This document shows positions 13,414 through 26,024 of a DNA stretch of 64,000 nt, in pieces. The position numbers and the translations under genes are program-made. Within the stretch, counting starts at the first letter, position 1. The number at the start of each line of letters is the position of its first letter. A model generated the notes under the pieces. It worked only from the letters and a program-made list of their open reading frames with translations. It was not told the origin of the DNA and did not search any database. The DNA lies in assembly GCA_030390025.1 (NCBI GenBank), contig CM059432.1:86306001-86370000 (forward strand), given 5' to 3'. Source of the DNA: Squalus acanthias (taxonomy: Eukaryota).

Positions 13414-14157
13414 GGCCCAAAAATTCGTGAGGAAGCCTTCGTGCGAGGGTAAGGCTTCCCCGCGATCTCTCACTGCGCGTTGGCTTTTTCAGTTCCAGCT
13501 CGCACGAACTTGATGTTCTGGACAGCTGCTGTGCTGGGCTTCCGTATCCCACAGGCGCAGTTAATTCGTGCGAGCTGTGGGATCACGTGACTCAGTTAGA
13601 GCCAATGGCAGCACACCATCTTTCATTCATAACTTTCACATAAGTGCTGTGAAAGCTATGAATACTATAGCCCCCCAAAAGAACAGCTAAACCTCAATTA
13701 AATTTAAAAAAAAAACCATCACATTAATAAAATAAGTATAGTTAAATAAATTAACCATTTTAAATAAAAAATTAAATTTTTGAAAAAATTTAAAATCTTT
13801 TAAAAAGTTATAAAAATAAACTTACCTGTCTTTAAAGTCTCTAAAAAAGATATACCTGTTAAAAAAAATTCAAAATAATACTTAATTCACTACTTACCTT
13901 GTTAAAAGTGGGTCTTACTCCTCCTTTCTTGATGTGTAAAATCTTCCATACTTACCTGCGCGTTGAAACCACTAAGTGCACTGCATGCGCGCAGCCTGTA
14001 GCGCGCACGCGGTTCACTTAGGAACCGCCCCCTTTTCCATTCACCAAGTGCCGGTTTTCAGCGCATGCGCAGTGCATGCAGAAAACCGGCAATTGGAAAC
14101 AGAATACGCGAGAGTACGCAGTGCGTACTCTCGCGTATCAAGACAAATTTTTGGGCC
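13414..14157. mobile_element. PIF/Harbinger-type MITE, family A copy 2
   Basis: Perfect TIR GGCCCAAAAATT...AATTTTTGGGCC, 3-bp TSD ATT; removing it restores CR1 codons AAG GCA TTA TTT CTG AAT. Confidence 0.9.
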
Positions 14158-14276
14158 ATTATTTCTGAATGCGCAAAGCATTTGCAACAAAATAGATTAA
14201 TTAATAGCACAGATAGAAATAAATTGGTTTGATTTAATAGTCATTATGGAGACATGGTTGCAGAGTTAGGAACTAA

Positions 14277-16507
14277 GGGGGAAAAATTGGTGATCGCCAG
14301 CAAAGCAGTCGCGGTTACCGCCAACTGCCGTTAACGGCCGCCGCGCTAACCTTAGGTGCAACGCCGTCCTGGTGGAGTTGCACGAGGGATCCAGGACCAA
14401 TTTGTAGTCCTGGTACAACGTTGCTGCTTCCTCTAGCGTCTGTGTGCGAGGCTGTGAAGCTCGCAATGCTTTGTGGGCAGTGAAGAGCTCTGAAATTTAA
14501 AGGGACCATGCACATTGAAGCAAGACAAAATAAAATGCACTGATTCAATACATTTTTCAGCCCTTTCTGTCTTTTTACTAATATTCAATATTTAAAAGAA
14601 GTTCCAAATATGATTATTCAGCTCTTGAAGCTGAATTACCTTCCTAAACACGGTGGCATAGTGGTTAGCACTGGTGCCTCACAGCGCCAGAGACCCGGGT
14701 TCGAATCTGACCTCGGGTGACTGTCTGTGTGGAGTTTGCACATTCTCCCCGTGTCTGCGTGGGTTTCCTCCGGGTGCTCCGGTTTCCTCCCACAGTCCAA
14801 AAATGTGTGGGTTAGGTTGATTTGGCTATGATAAATTGACCCTTAGTGTTAGGGGGGGATTAAATATGTGCGGTTATGGGGATAGGATGGGATATGTTAG
14901 GGGGAATTAAATACGTGGGGTTACGGGGGTAGGGTGGGATATGTGTACTGTGGGGATTAAAGCAGGGACAGGGTACTGGATTTGGATGATCAGCCATGAT
15001 CGTATTGAATGGTGGAGCAGGCTCGACGGGCCGAATGGCCTACTCCTGCTCCTAGATTCTATGTTTCTATGTTTCTGTTTCTAAACTGAACAAATGGGAA
15101 AAATGCCTCAGCACTAACACAAATGGCTCAGCAAGCCAGGGAAGGGGCACCCAGGGTCTCGCACGGAGCACTCCAGCTTTGTGCAGGGGGTTAACACTGC
15201 AAGACTGGCCCTCTACCCACAGAGGCCAGGAGGCCCTCCAGAAAGAACAATGTGGGAGTACATTACCAAGGCCATCACTGCCAGCAGTGTCGCCCCCACC
15301 ACCTGGCTCCAGTGCCCAAAGAAGCTTCATGACCTCAGACCACTGGTCAAGGTCAGTGAATGCATCTTCAAAAACCATCTCCTACCAACTGCACCACTAG
15401 CCTCACACACTGCTCAATGTATGACCCCCAATCACTAACCTACCAACAATCTGCACTAATGACAAGGCACATCTACCATTCCGAGCATCACCTCACCCCC
15501 TTTGAGGAGACGGTGCAGGCCATTCTTGGCAGGGGCATGGCTGAGCCCTTGGCCAGCGGCGGGGCTGAAAGGATACAAGATATGGGTATCCTCGCACATT
15601 ATCCCCCTTCTGGCATGCACCTCTAGGATTCCCGCCCTGCCGTCAGCACAACTCCACCCTTGTTTCTTCCTCATTTCACACACCGAAGAAATGCAGCCTG
15701 CCCAGACAGTGCGTCAACAAGAAGAGGTAGCCTGTCCAGTCAGTGGGACCGCAGGCGGATGATTCCATCCCGGATATCCTGGTCACAAAGGGGCTGTCTG
15801 GGATGCATCCTTCCATCTGATTCCTCCTCTTCGGCTTCCTCCTCTTCTGCGTCTTGCTCTTCTGCGTCTTCCTCTTCCATCTGCAAGCGGATGCTGTAAA
15901 TGTGAAATGACAGCATAAGATGCTGCAAATACTCAGTTGGGCAGGCAGCATGTCTACCTGAGACGTGAACTCCATGGATGTAGCGTGACCTGCTGAGTAT
16001 TCGCAGCATGTTCTGTCTTCTCAAAGGCGTTCACTTACCATCTGAGCCCTTGCAAGCGTCCAGCAGCACTCCCAAAACACTTTTCACATATATTGCAGCA
16101 AGCCACCACTTCAATAAAATCCAAAAAACCAAGGCCAAACCCTTCCATTCAAACTTACCTGATTGATGTGTGTGTCCCTTTAACAGCTGCAGATATCGCC
16201 CCTGCCAGCGTCTGTCAGCCTGCTTCTATGCCAGGTTAACCTGGCGTGCTTAGGACCCAGCACTGAATTAAGTGCGAGGGTCGAAGTTCACGTAGGTGAC
16301 ATTGAGACGGCGTTGCACACCCACTGACGTCGCCACACCACCTTTTTTTTTTAACAGGGCGCTGCCAGTTACCAGCAGTGCAAAGGGGCCCATGAATATG
16401 GTGGCTGCCGCGCGGACCGCCTCCAGCTGGTGCAAGAGAAGCGGCCGCCATTTTTTCGAGAATCGCTGGCACTAACAGGTGGCAGTAAGTGTATGAATTT
16501 CTCGCCT
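14277..16507. mobile_element. PIF/Harbinger deletion derivative with a Myb/SANT-like gene remnant
   Basis: Imperfect TIR GGGGGAAAAATT / AATTTCTCGCCT, TSD TAA; removing it restores CR1 GAA CTA AAT AT; ORF 15181-15438 LYPQ...MWEYITKAITASSVAPTTWLQCPKKLHDL is Myb/SANT-like; acidic minus-strand stretch at 15740-15890. Confidence 0.75.
14650..15080 (+). mobile_element. HE1-type tRNA-derived SINE (V-SINE superfamily)
   Basis: A box TGGCATAGTGG, B box GGTTCGAATC, V-domain TGTGTGGAGTTTGCACATTCTCCCCGTGTCTGCGTGGGTTTCCTCCGGG, CR1-derived 3' tail with (TTCTATGT)n. Confidence 0.9.
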
Positions 16508-16633
16508 TAAATATGGAAAATGGAAAATGGGGATGGGGGTGGGTAGCCCTGATAATAAAGGATGGGTTAAACACAGTAGAGAGAAAGGATCTTAGCTCAG
16601 AAAAACAAGATGTACAATCACTTTGGGTGGAGC

Positions 16634-19198
16634 AGTAATGCTGAGGTTGGGGATGGCATTAAACGGGAAATTAGAGACGCGTGCAATAAGGGCACAGCAG
16701 TTATCATGGGTGACTTTAATCTACATATAGATTGGGCTAAGCAAATTAGTAACAATACTGTGGAGGAGGAATTCCTAGAGTGTATACAGGATGGTTTCCT
16801 GGACCAATATGTCGAGGAACCAACTAGAGATCAGGCCATCTTAGACTGGGTATTATGTAATGAGAAAGGATTAATTAGCAATCTTGTTGTGCAAGGCCCC
16901 TTGGGGAGGAGCGATCATAATATGATAGAATTCTTCATTAGGATGGAGAGTGAAGTAGTTGACTCAGAGACTAGGGTCCTGAATTTAAATAAAGGAAACT
17001 ACGATGGTATGAGGCACGAGTTGGCTAGGATGGATTGGGGAGCGTTACTTAAAGGGTTGACGGTGGATAGGCAATGGCAAACATTTAAAGATCGCATGGA
17101 TGAACTACAGAATTTGTTCATCCCTGTTTGGCATAAAAATAAAACAAAAAAGGTGACTGAACCGTGGCTAACAAGGGAAATTAGGGATAGCATAAGATCC
17201 AAGGAGAGGACATATAAATTGGCCAGAAAAAGCAGTAAACCTGAGGATTGGGAGCAGTTTAGGATTCAGCAAAGGAGGACAAAGGGATTAATTAAGAGGG
17301 GGGAAATAAAATATGAGAGGAAGGTTGCAGGGAACATAAAAACTGACTGTAAAAGCTTCTATAGATATGTGAAGAGAAAAAGATTGGTGAAGTTAAGCGT
17401 AGGTCTCTTGCAGTCAGAATCAGGGGAATTTATAAGGGGGAACAAAAAAATGGCAGACCAATTAAATACATACTTTGGTTCTGTCTTCACAAAGGAGGAC
17501 ACAAATAACCTCCCAGAGATGTCGGGGAACATAGGGTCTGATGAGAGGGAGGAATTGAATGAAATCAGTATTTGTAGGGAAATGGTGTTAGGGAAATTGA
17601 CGGGATTGAAGGCCGATAAATCCCCAGGGCCTGATAATCTACATCCTAGGGTACTTAAGGAAGTGGTCCTAGAAATAGTAGATGCATTGCTGGTCATCTT
17701 CCAAAATTCTATAGACTCTGGAATAGTTCCCATGGATTGGAGGGTAGCTAATGTAACCCCACTATTTAAAAAAGGTGGTAGAGAGAAAACGGGGAATTAC
17801 AGACTGGTAAGCCTGACATCGGTAGTGGGGAAAATGCTAGAGTCCATTATAAAAGATGTAATAGCAGAGCACTTGGAAAACAGTGACAGGATCGGACAAA
17901 GTCAACATGGATTTACAAAAGGTAAATCATGCTTGACTAATCTACTAGAATTTTTTGAGGATGTAACTGGTAGGATAGATAAGGGAGAACCAGTGGATGT
18001 GGTGTATTTGGACTTTCAGAAGGCTTTCAATAAGGTCCCGCATAAGAGATTAGCGTGCAAAGTTAAAGCACATGGGATTGGGGGTAAGGTACTGACTTGG
18101 ATAGAGAACTGGTTGGCAGGCAGGAAGCAAAGAGTTGGAATAAACGGGTCTTTTTCCGAGTGGCAGGCAGTGACTAGTGGGGTACCGCAGGGATCGGTGC
18201 TAGGACCCCAGCTATTCACAATATATATTAATGATCTAGACGAGGGAACTAGATGTAATATCTCCAAGTTTGCAGACGACACAAAGCTGGGTAGGCGTGT
18301 GGCTGTGAGGAGGATGCAGAGAAACTCCAGTATGATTTGGACAGGTTGGGTGATTGGGCAGATGCATGGCAGATGCAGTATAATGTGGATAAATGCGAGG
18401 TTATCCACTTTGGTGGCAAAAACAGGAAGGCAGATTATTATCTGAACGGCAATAGATTGGGAAAAGGGGAAGTGCAACGAGACCTGGGTGTCCTTGTGCA
18501 CCAGTCGCTGAAGGTAAGCATGCAGGTGCAGCAGGCGGTTAAGAAGGCAAATGGTATGTTGGCCTTCATAGCGAGAGGATTCGAGTACAGGAGCAATGAT
18601 GTCTTGCTACAGTTGTACAGGGCCTTGGTGAGACCACACCTTGAGTATTGTGTGCAGTTTTGGTCGCCTTATCTGAGGAAGGATGTTCTTGCCATGGAGG
18701 GAGTGCAGCGAAGATTCACCAGACTGATACCTGGGATGGCAGGAATGACGTATGAAGAGAGATTGGGTCGATTAGGATTATATTCACTAGAATTTAGAAG
18801 AATGAGAGGGGATCTCATTGAAACTTATAAAATTCTAACAGGACTAGACAGACTAGATGCAGGAAGGATGTTCCCGATGGCGGGGGAGTCCAGAACCAGG
18901 GGTCACAGTCTAAGGATAAGGGGTAAGCCATTTAGGACTGAGATGAGGAGGAATTTCTTCACCCAGAGAGTGGTGAACCTGTGGAATTCTCTACCACAGA
19001 AGGCAGTTGTGGCCAACTCATTAAATATATTCAAGAAGGAGTTAGATATATTTCTTAAGGCTAAAGGGATCAATGGATATGGGGAGAAAGCAGGGACAGC
19101 GTACTGAATTTGGATGATCAGCCATGATCTCATTAAATGGCGGAACAGGCTCGAGGGGCCGAATGGCCTACTCCTGCTCCTATCTTCTATGTTTCTAT
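16634..19198 (+). mobile_element. Young CR1 LINE, 2.6 kb (endonuclease C-terminal half + RT), single frameshift near 18300
   Basis: ORFs 16610-18445 ([23 protein letters not shown] motifs) and 18337-19107; same subfamily as 6976-8468. Confidence 0.95.
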
Positions 19199-19497
19199 TG
19201 GTTTTGATCTTCCAGAAATCCCTAGATTGTAGAACGGTCCCTGTGGATTGGAAGGTAGCAAATGTAACCCCGTTATTCAAGAAAGGAGAGAGAGAGAAAA
19301 CAGGGAACTTCTGACCAGTCAGCCTGACATCAGTAGTAGAAAATGCTAGAATCTATTATTAGGGGCGTGGTAACAAGTAACTTCGAAAATCATAATGCGA
19401 TTGGGCAGAGCCAACATGAATTTATGAAAGGGAAATCGTGTTTGACAAATCTAATAGAGTTTTTTGAGGTTGTAACTAGCAGGGTAGATAAGGGGAA

Positions 19498-20303
19498 ACA
19501 AAATAAGCAGGTAACATTCGTGGCGCAGAAGTGCCAGGCAATGACTATCTCCAACAAGCGAGAGTCTAAACACCGCCCCTTGACATTCAACGGCATTACC
19601 ATCGCCGAATCCCCCACCATCAACATCCTAGGGGTCACCATTGACCAGAAACTTAACTGGACCAGCCACATAAATACTGTGGCAACAAGAGCAGGTCAGA
19701 GGCTAGGTATTCTGTGGTGAGTGTCTCACCTCCTGACTCCCCAAAGCCTTTCTACCATCTACAAGGCACAAGTAAGGAGTGTGATGGAATACTCTCCACT
19801 TGCCTGGATGAGTGCAGCTCCAACAACACTCAAGAAGCTCGACACCATCCAGGACAAAGCAGCCCGCTTGACTGGCACCCCCTCTACCACCTTAAACATT
19901 CACTCACTCCACCACCGGCGTAACGTGGCTGCAGTGTGTACCATCTATAAGATGCACTGCAGCAACTCGCCAAGGCTTCTTCGGCAGCACCTCCCAAACC
20001 CGCGACCTCTTCCACCTAGAAGGACAAGGGCAGCAGACTCATGGGAACACCACCACCTCCAAGTTCCCCTCCAAGTCACACATCATCCTGACTTAGAAGT
20101 ATATCGCCGATCCTTCATTGTCGCTGGGTCAAAATCCTGGAACTCCCTCCGTAACAGCACTGTGGGAGTACCTTCACCACACGGACTGCAGCAGTTCAAG
20201 AAGGTGGCGCACCACCACCTTCTCAAAGGCAATTAAGGATGGGCAATAAATGCTGGCCTTGCCAGCGATGCCCACATCCCATAAAAACGAATAAAAAAAA
20301 AAA
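19498..20303 (+). mobile_element. 5'-truncated LINE of a second family (CR1/L2 group, possibly Crack/Daphne-like) with poly(A) tail
   Basis: ILGVTIDQKLNWTSHI...IYKAQVRSVMEYSPLAW...LDTIQDKAARL; ends in an A-run; splits the host motif DKGE|xDAVLLDFQKAF. Confidence 0.8.
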
Positions 20304-20613
20304 TTGGATGCAGTGCTTTTGGATTTTCAGAAAGCATTCGATAAGGTGCCACACAAGCGGTTATTATATAAAATTAGGGCTCATGGGATTGGGGGTAATA
20401 TATTAGCACGGATTGAGGATTGGTTAATGGACAGAAAGCAGAGAGTACGAATAAACGGGTTATTTTCGGGTTGGCAGGCTGTAACAAGTGGGGTATCACA
20501 AGGATCAATGCTTGGCATCAGCTATTTACAATCTATATCAATGTCTTAGATGAGGGGACTGAGTGTAATGTATACAAGTTTGCTGACGATACAAAGCTAG
20601 GTGGAAAAGTAAG

Positions 20614-22526
20614 AACATGCATAAGAACATAAGACGTGGGTCATTTGGCCCCTCGAGCCTGCTCCACCATTCAATAAGATCATGGCTGATGAGATCTTGG
20701 CCTCAACTCCACTTCCCTGCCCGCTCCCCATAACCCTTGACTCCCTTACCTTTCAAAAATCTGTCTATCTTCACCTTAAATATATTCAATGACTCCGCCT
20801 CCACAGCTCTCTGGGGAAGAGAATTCCAAAGATTCACGACCCTCTGAGAGAAGAAATTCCTCCTCATTTCCGATTTAAATGGGTGCCCTCTTATTCTGAA
20901 ATTATGCCCCCTAGTTCCAGATTCCCCCACGAGGGGAAACATCCTCTCTGCATCTACCCTGTCAAGCCCCTTCAGAATCTTATATGTTTCAATAAGATCC
21001 CCTCTCATTCTTCTAAACTCCAATGAGTATAGGCCCAACCTGCTCAACCTTTCTTCATAAGACAACCCCTTCATCTCCGGAAACAACCTCGTGAACCTTC
21101 TCTGAACTGCCTCCAATGCAAGTATATCGTTTCTTAAATAAGGAGACCAAAACTGTACGCAGTACTCCAGGTGTGGTCTCACCAACACCCTGTACAGTTG
21201 TAACAGGACTTCCCTACTTTTATACTCCATTCCCTTTGCAATAAAGGCCAACACTCCATTTGCCTTCCTAATTACTTGCTGTACCTGCATGCTAACTTTT
21301 TGTGATTCATGTACAAGGACCCCCAGATCCCTCTGTACCCCAGCATTTTGTAATCTCTCCCCATTTAAATAATAATTTGCTTTATTATTTTTCCTACCAA
21401 AGTGGATAACCTCGCATTTTCCCACATTAAACTCCATCTGCCAGATTTTTGCCCACTCTCTTAGCCTATCTATATCCCTTTGGAGATTCTTTGCGTCCTC
21501 CACACAATTTGCTTTCCCACCTACCTTTGTATCATCAGCAAATTTGGCTACATTACATTCGGTCCCTTCATCCAAGTCATTAATATAGATTGTAAATAGT
21601 TGAGGCCCCAGCACTGATCCCTGCGGCACTCCACTAGTTACAGTTTGCCAACCTGAAAATGACCCATTTATCCCAACTCTCTGTTTTCTGTTAGTTAGCC
21701 AATCTTTTACCCATGCTAATATATTACCCCCAACCCCGTGAGCTCTTATCTTGTGTAGTAACCTTTTACGTGGCACCTTATCGAATGCCTTCTGGAAATC
21801 CAAATACACGACATCTACTGGTTCCCCTTTATCCACCCTGCTCGTTACATCCTCAAAGAACTACAGCAAATTTGTCAAACATGATTTCCTTTTCATAAAA
21901 CCATGCTGACTCTGCTTGACTATATTATGATTTTCTAAATGTCCTGCTACCACTTTTTTAATGATGGACTCCAGCATTTTCCCAATGACAGATGTTAGGC
22001 TAACTGGTCAATAGTTGCCTGCTTTCTGTCTCCCTCCTTTCTTAAACAAGGGCGTTACATTTGCAGTTTTCCAGTCCGCTGGGACGTCTCCAGAATCCAG
22101 GGAATTTTGGTAGATTACAACCAATGCATCCACTATCTCTGCAGCCACCTCTTTTAAGACTCTAGGATGCAGGCCATCGGGTTCAGGGGACTTGTCCACC
22201 TTTAGTCCCATTAGTTTGCCTAGTACTTTCTCTCTAGTGATAGTGATTGTTTTAAGTTACCCCACCCCAATAGCCCCTTGATTATCCACTATTGGGATGC
22301 TTTTAGTGTCTTCTACCATGAAGACCGATACAAAATATTTGTTCAAAGTCTCCGCCATTTCCCTGTTTCCCATTATGAATTCCCCAGACTCATCCTCTAG
22401 GGGACCAACGTTTACTTTAGCTACTCTCTTCCTTTTTATATGCCTGTAGAAGCTCTTACTGTCTGTTTTTATATTTCTTGCTAGCTTACTCTCATAAGCC
22501 ATCTTCTCTCTCTTTATCATTTTTTT
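20614..22526 (-). mobile_element. 5'-truncated CR1 LINE inserted antisense into the host CR1
   Basis: ORF 20703-21836 (377 aa, RT) plus upstream pieces; TSD AGTAAG (20608-20613 / 22527-22532). Confidence 0.95.
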
Positions 22527-24689
22527 AGTAAGCTGTGAGGAGGACACAAAGTGCCTGCAAAGGGATATAGACAGGTTAAGTGAGTGGGATATAAAGTGGC
22601 AGATGGAATATAATCTGGAGAAATGTGAAGTTATCCACTTTGGTAGGAAAAATAGAAAAGCAGAATATTTTTAAAAGGTGAGAGACTGGGAAATGCTGGT
22701 ATTCAGAGAGACCTGGATGAATTACCTCTCGTTAACATGCAGGTACAGTAAGCAATTAGAAAGGTAAATGGTATGTTAAGTCTTTATTGCAAGGGGGTTG
22801 GAGTATAGGAAGTCTTGCTGCAATTATATAAGGCTTTGGTGAGACAATACCTGGGAGTACTGTGTACAGTCTTGATCTCCTTACCTAAGGAAGGATATAC
22901 TTGCCTTAGAGGGAGTGCAACAAAGGTTCACCAGACTGATTCCTGGGATGGGAGGATTGTCCTATGAGGAGAGATTGAGAAGACTGGACCTATATTCCCT
23001 AGAGTTTAGAAGAATGAGAGATCAATGAAACATATAAAATTCTTACAGGGCTTGTCAGGGTTGATGCTGGGAGGATGATTCCCTTGGCTGGGGAGTCTAG
23101 AACTGGGGTCACAGTCTCAGAATAAGGGGTCAGCCATTTAGGATCAAGATGAGGAGAAATTTCTTCTCTCAAAGGGGTGTGAATCTTTGGAATTCTTTAC
23201 CCCAGAGGGCTGTGAATGCTCAGTCGTTGAGTATATTCAAGACAGAGATCGATAGATTTTTGGATATTAAGGGAATCAAGGGATAGCGGGATAGTGTGGG
23301 AAGGTGGAGTTGAGGTAGGAGGTCAGCCATGATCTTATTGAATGGCGGAGCAGGCTCGAAGGGCCGAATGACCTACTCCTGCTTCTATTTCTTATGTTCT
23401 TATTTGCCTGCTGCTTAGCTCACTTTCTCCTCCCCAATTCCCTTCACTTCCACCTGCCTATTTCCATTATTCATTCACTTACTTCCTCCCCAGTCCCCAC
23501 ACTTACTCTCCATAGCCTGCCCCCTCACCCCACTCCCCTCATGCCAGTCTCTAAGGCCTACTCCATGACACAAAATTGGTACAGAATGTAACAGCTACAC
23601 ATGCGCCCACTAATCTATTTTATATTAGAAATAGTGAGAAATCGAGATCGCAAAAGTATTATTGGCATTGCAAACGTAACATTCATTACATGGCCAACTG
23701 TTTACAATAGGGCTGAACCTAATAGAACAGCACCTCACTGAATTTACAGTAATTCCAAGCATTAGACTTTCAGGTAAAAATCATGGTACCAAGAATCCAC
23801 TAATTCTCCAAGCAAGCAAGAGGACACAGCAGAAGTATCGGATCTTCTCCCCGCACCACCCCCCTGCCCCACCACACCCTACTGAGCAAGTTTATAACCC
23901 GTTCCAACTTCTCCCTCTCGCTCACCCCTACTTAGATTTCAGTCACCTCTCCCTCCCATCACTTCCCCCGTTGCTGACTGTTTCCGAATTCCAACCCACC
24001 CACTGCCTGTCAAACCATCCCGCCCCGCCACCCCCTAAATGGCTGCAGCTCCCTCTTACAGGCTATCCCGACACTCGACTGCATTTCCCATCCACAGCAA
24101 ACTTCCCCACTGCCTATTCCTCCCCAGGGACTGTTCTATGCCATAATCTCACTATCCTTCCATCATCTACTCCCTCCCCCTTGCCTGCATCCCCCACCTC
24201 TCCCTCTATTTGCCTCCTCCTCCCTCACTCCCCAACATTGTTTCCATTAACCCCCACAATCTAACCCTGTTTGACACAAAAAATTTGAATTAGCCCATGT
24301 GTATTGCCACAGGAAATCAACTAGTATTTTTTTAAATGATGAGTGGGTCGCAACATTTCAGCTGAAAATACACTGAAAACTCATGTCAGAGCTTGTCAAT
24401 GGGAAAACACATTTTAAAATTGATAACGTTGACCTGCAATATTTCTTAAGTCTGTAGATGGTGCCATAATTCAACTTTTCAATGTTAAAAAAGCTGTAAC
24501 ATTACATTAGCTACAGGTCCAGTATTTTGGCTGAGTTAGCACGCACTTCCAACATAGAAACAGTAGGTGGCAGTGCTGGAATGCATAAGCTCTAATCACA
24601 GGGTTTCAGCACAAGGACCAATGGCAAGTGTGTGCTTGAAATTGCGATAATTTAGTGCAAAAATTTGAATTTGAATATAATATATATTT

Positions 24690-25340
24690 ATTCTCAGGGT
24701 GTCAATGACACTGGACAAGGTAACATTTATTGCTTAGCCCTAGCTGCTCTTAGCACATGATCATCCGCCTTCTCTTTGATTTGCTGCAATCTTTGTAGCA
24801 ATAGTGCTCCCACAAGGGTGTAGGTACAGAATTCTAGGATATTGACCTGGAGACAATGAAGGAACAGCAAGATATGTCCAAGTCAGAATGGTGTGTGACT
24901 TGGAGGGTAACCTGGAAGTGACCATAATCCCATGACAATGCTGCACTTGTGACTCCAACTATATAGAGAAGGAAAGTCTGTTCAAAGTAACCTTGGTGAG
25001 TGGCTGCATTATGTAGATTGTACATACTGCAGCTACAGTGCACAGGTACAATGGAGGGGTTGGATGTTAAAGTCCAGTGACAGGGTGCAGATCATTCAAC
25101 ATGCTCTGCCCTGGATGATGTTGAGCTACTTGAGTGTTGTCGTAGCTGTACCTATCCAGACAACTGGTGAGTATTCCTTCACAATCCTGACTTAAGCTTT
25201 GTAGATAGTGGAGCCAAACATTGAGATTGTCAGCAGACAGCCCATTCCTGACCTTATGACAGAGTGAAGGTCATTGGCGAAACAGTTGAAGATGTTTGGA
25301 CCGAGGACACTTTCCTGAGGAACTGCGGCTGTGATGTTTT
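24690..25340 (-). mobile_element. Degenerate copy of the second LINE family
   Basis: HFQVTLQVTHHSDL and VPQESVLGPNIFNCFANDL resemble 19498-20303 and its RT. Confidence 0.65.
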
Positions 25341-25401
25341 TTCTCCAACAACCATAACCATCTTTCTTTCCATCAGTTGAGAGCTGTGTTCCCTTTAAGC
25401 T

Positions 25402-25476
25402 GTGCATATGCGCGCGGCCGCGCAGCAAGTTTGACCGTGCATATGCGCGCGGCCGCGCAGCAAGTTTGACCGTGCA
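25402..25476. repeat. 35-bp tandem duplication within a probable hAT-MITE remnant
   Basis: GTGCATATGCGCGCGGCCGCGCAGCAAGTTTGACC x2, preceded by TGTTCCCTTTAAGCTG resembling a family B end. Confidence 0.7.
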
Positions 25477-26024
25477 GCGCAGTAAAAGAAACCATCCGTG
25501 CACTCTGCTCAGGCTCACAACAGCGGGGTCTTTAATAACACAGCAAAGCAACGGGGAGAGGGGCGGGGCCACACCCGCCCTGACCGACAGCCCGCTCCAA
25601 AAGAATGGGTCTAGATGAAGTGTAAATGGCGATGGCAGAATGAAGAGAAACAAAATGGAAAAAAAAGGATTGGGGCAGAGGTTATGGTCTGAAATTGTTG
25701 AACTCGATGTTGAGTCCAGAAGGCTGTAAAGTGCCTAATCTAAAGATGGATTGTAACGGTGAAGGATTCACTTGTCTTCAACTTGCTGTGATTACTTCAA
25801 GAAAGATTCAACCAGTAATGGCACATTATCAAAGGCTATCAGCTGTATACTTTTAACTATTGAACAAAATTGTTTTGCTAAAAGATCATTAGTGTGTCGC
25901 TGCACTGGGATGGTATATTAAATCTAGGAGAAAATGCAACCAAATAACCACTGACAAAGCTCGTTGGAAAACAGTAACAAGTCCCCACAATCTGTGCTCC
26001 TTCATAATAAGAGTATTTAGTCAC

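Larger units (their letters stand above)
12995..23402 (+). mobile_element. Near full-length CR1 (ORF1 esterase end + ORF2) fragmented by nested insertions
   Basis: ORF1 SGNH-esterase-like RLNAWLKEWG...WDGLHLNQAGTSVLA (~12995-13158); ORF2 start KALFLNAQSI...ETWLQ split at 13413/14158 and 14276/16508; RT pieces 19199-19497, 20304-20613 and 22527-23402 with (TTCTTATG) tail. Confidence 0.75.

Noticed and set aside
14650..14720. tRNA gene
   Set aside because: A/B boxes are the head of an HE1 SINE, continuing into the V-domain and LINE tail; no full cloverleaf.
941..21898. Many short ORFs antisense to CR1 ORF2 (e.g. [13 protein letters not shown]..., MRSWLIIQ...)
   Set aside because: Recurrent shadow frames of the LINE, not independent genes.
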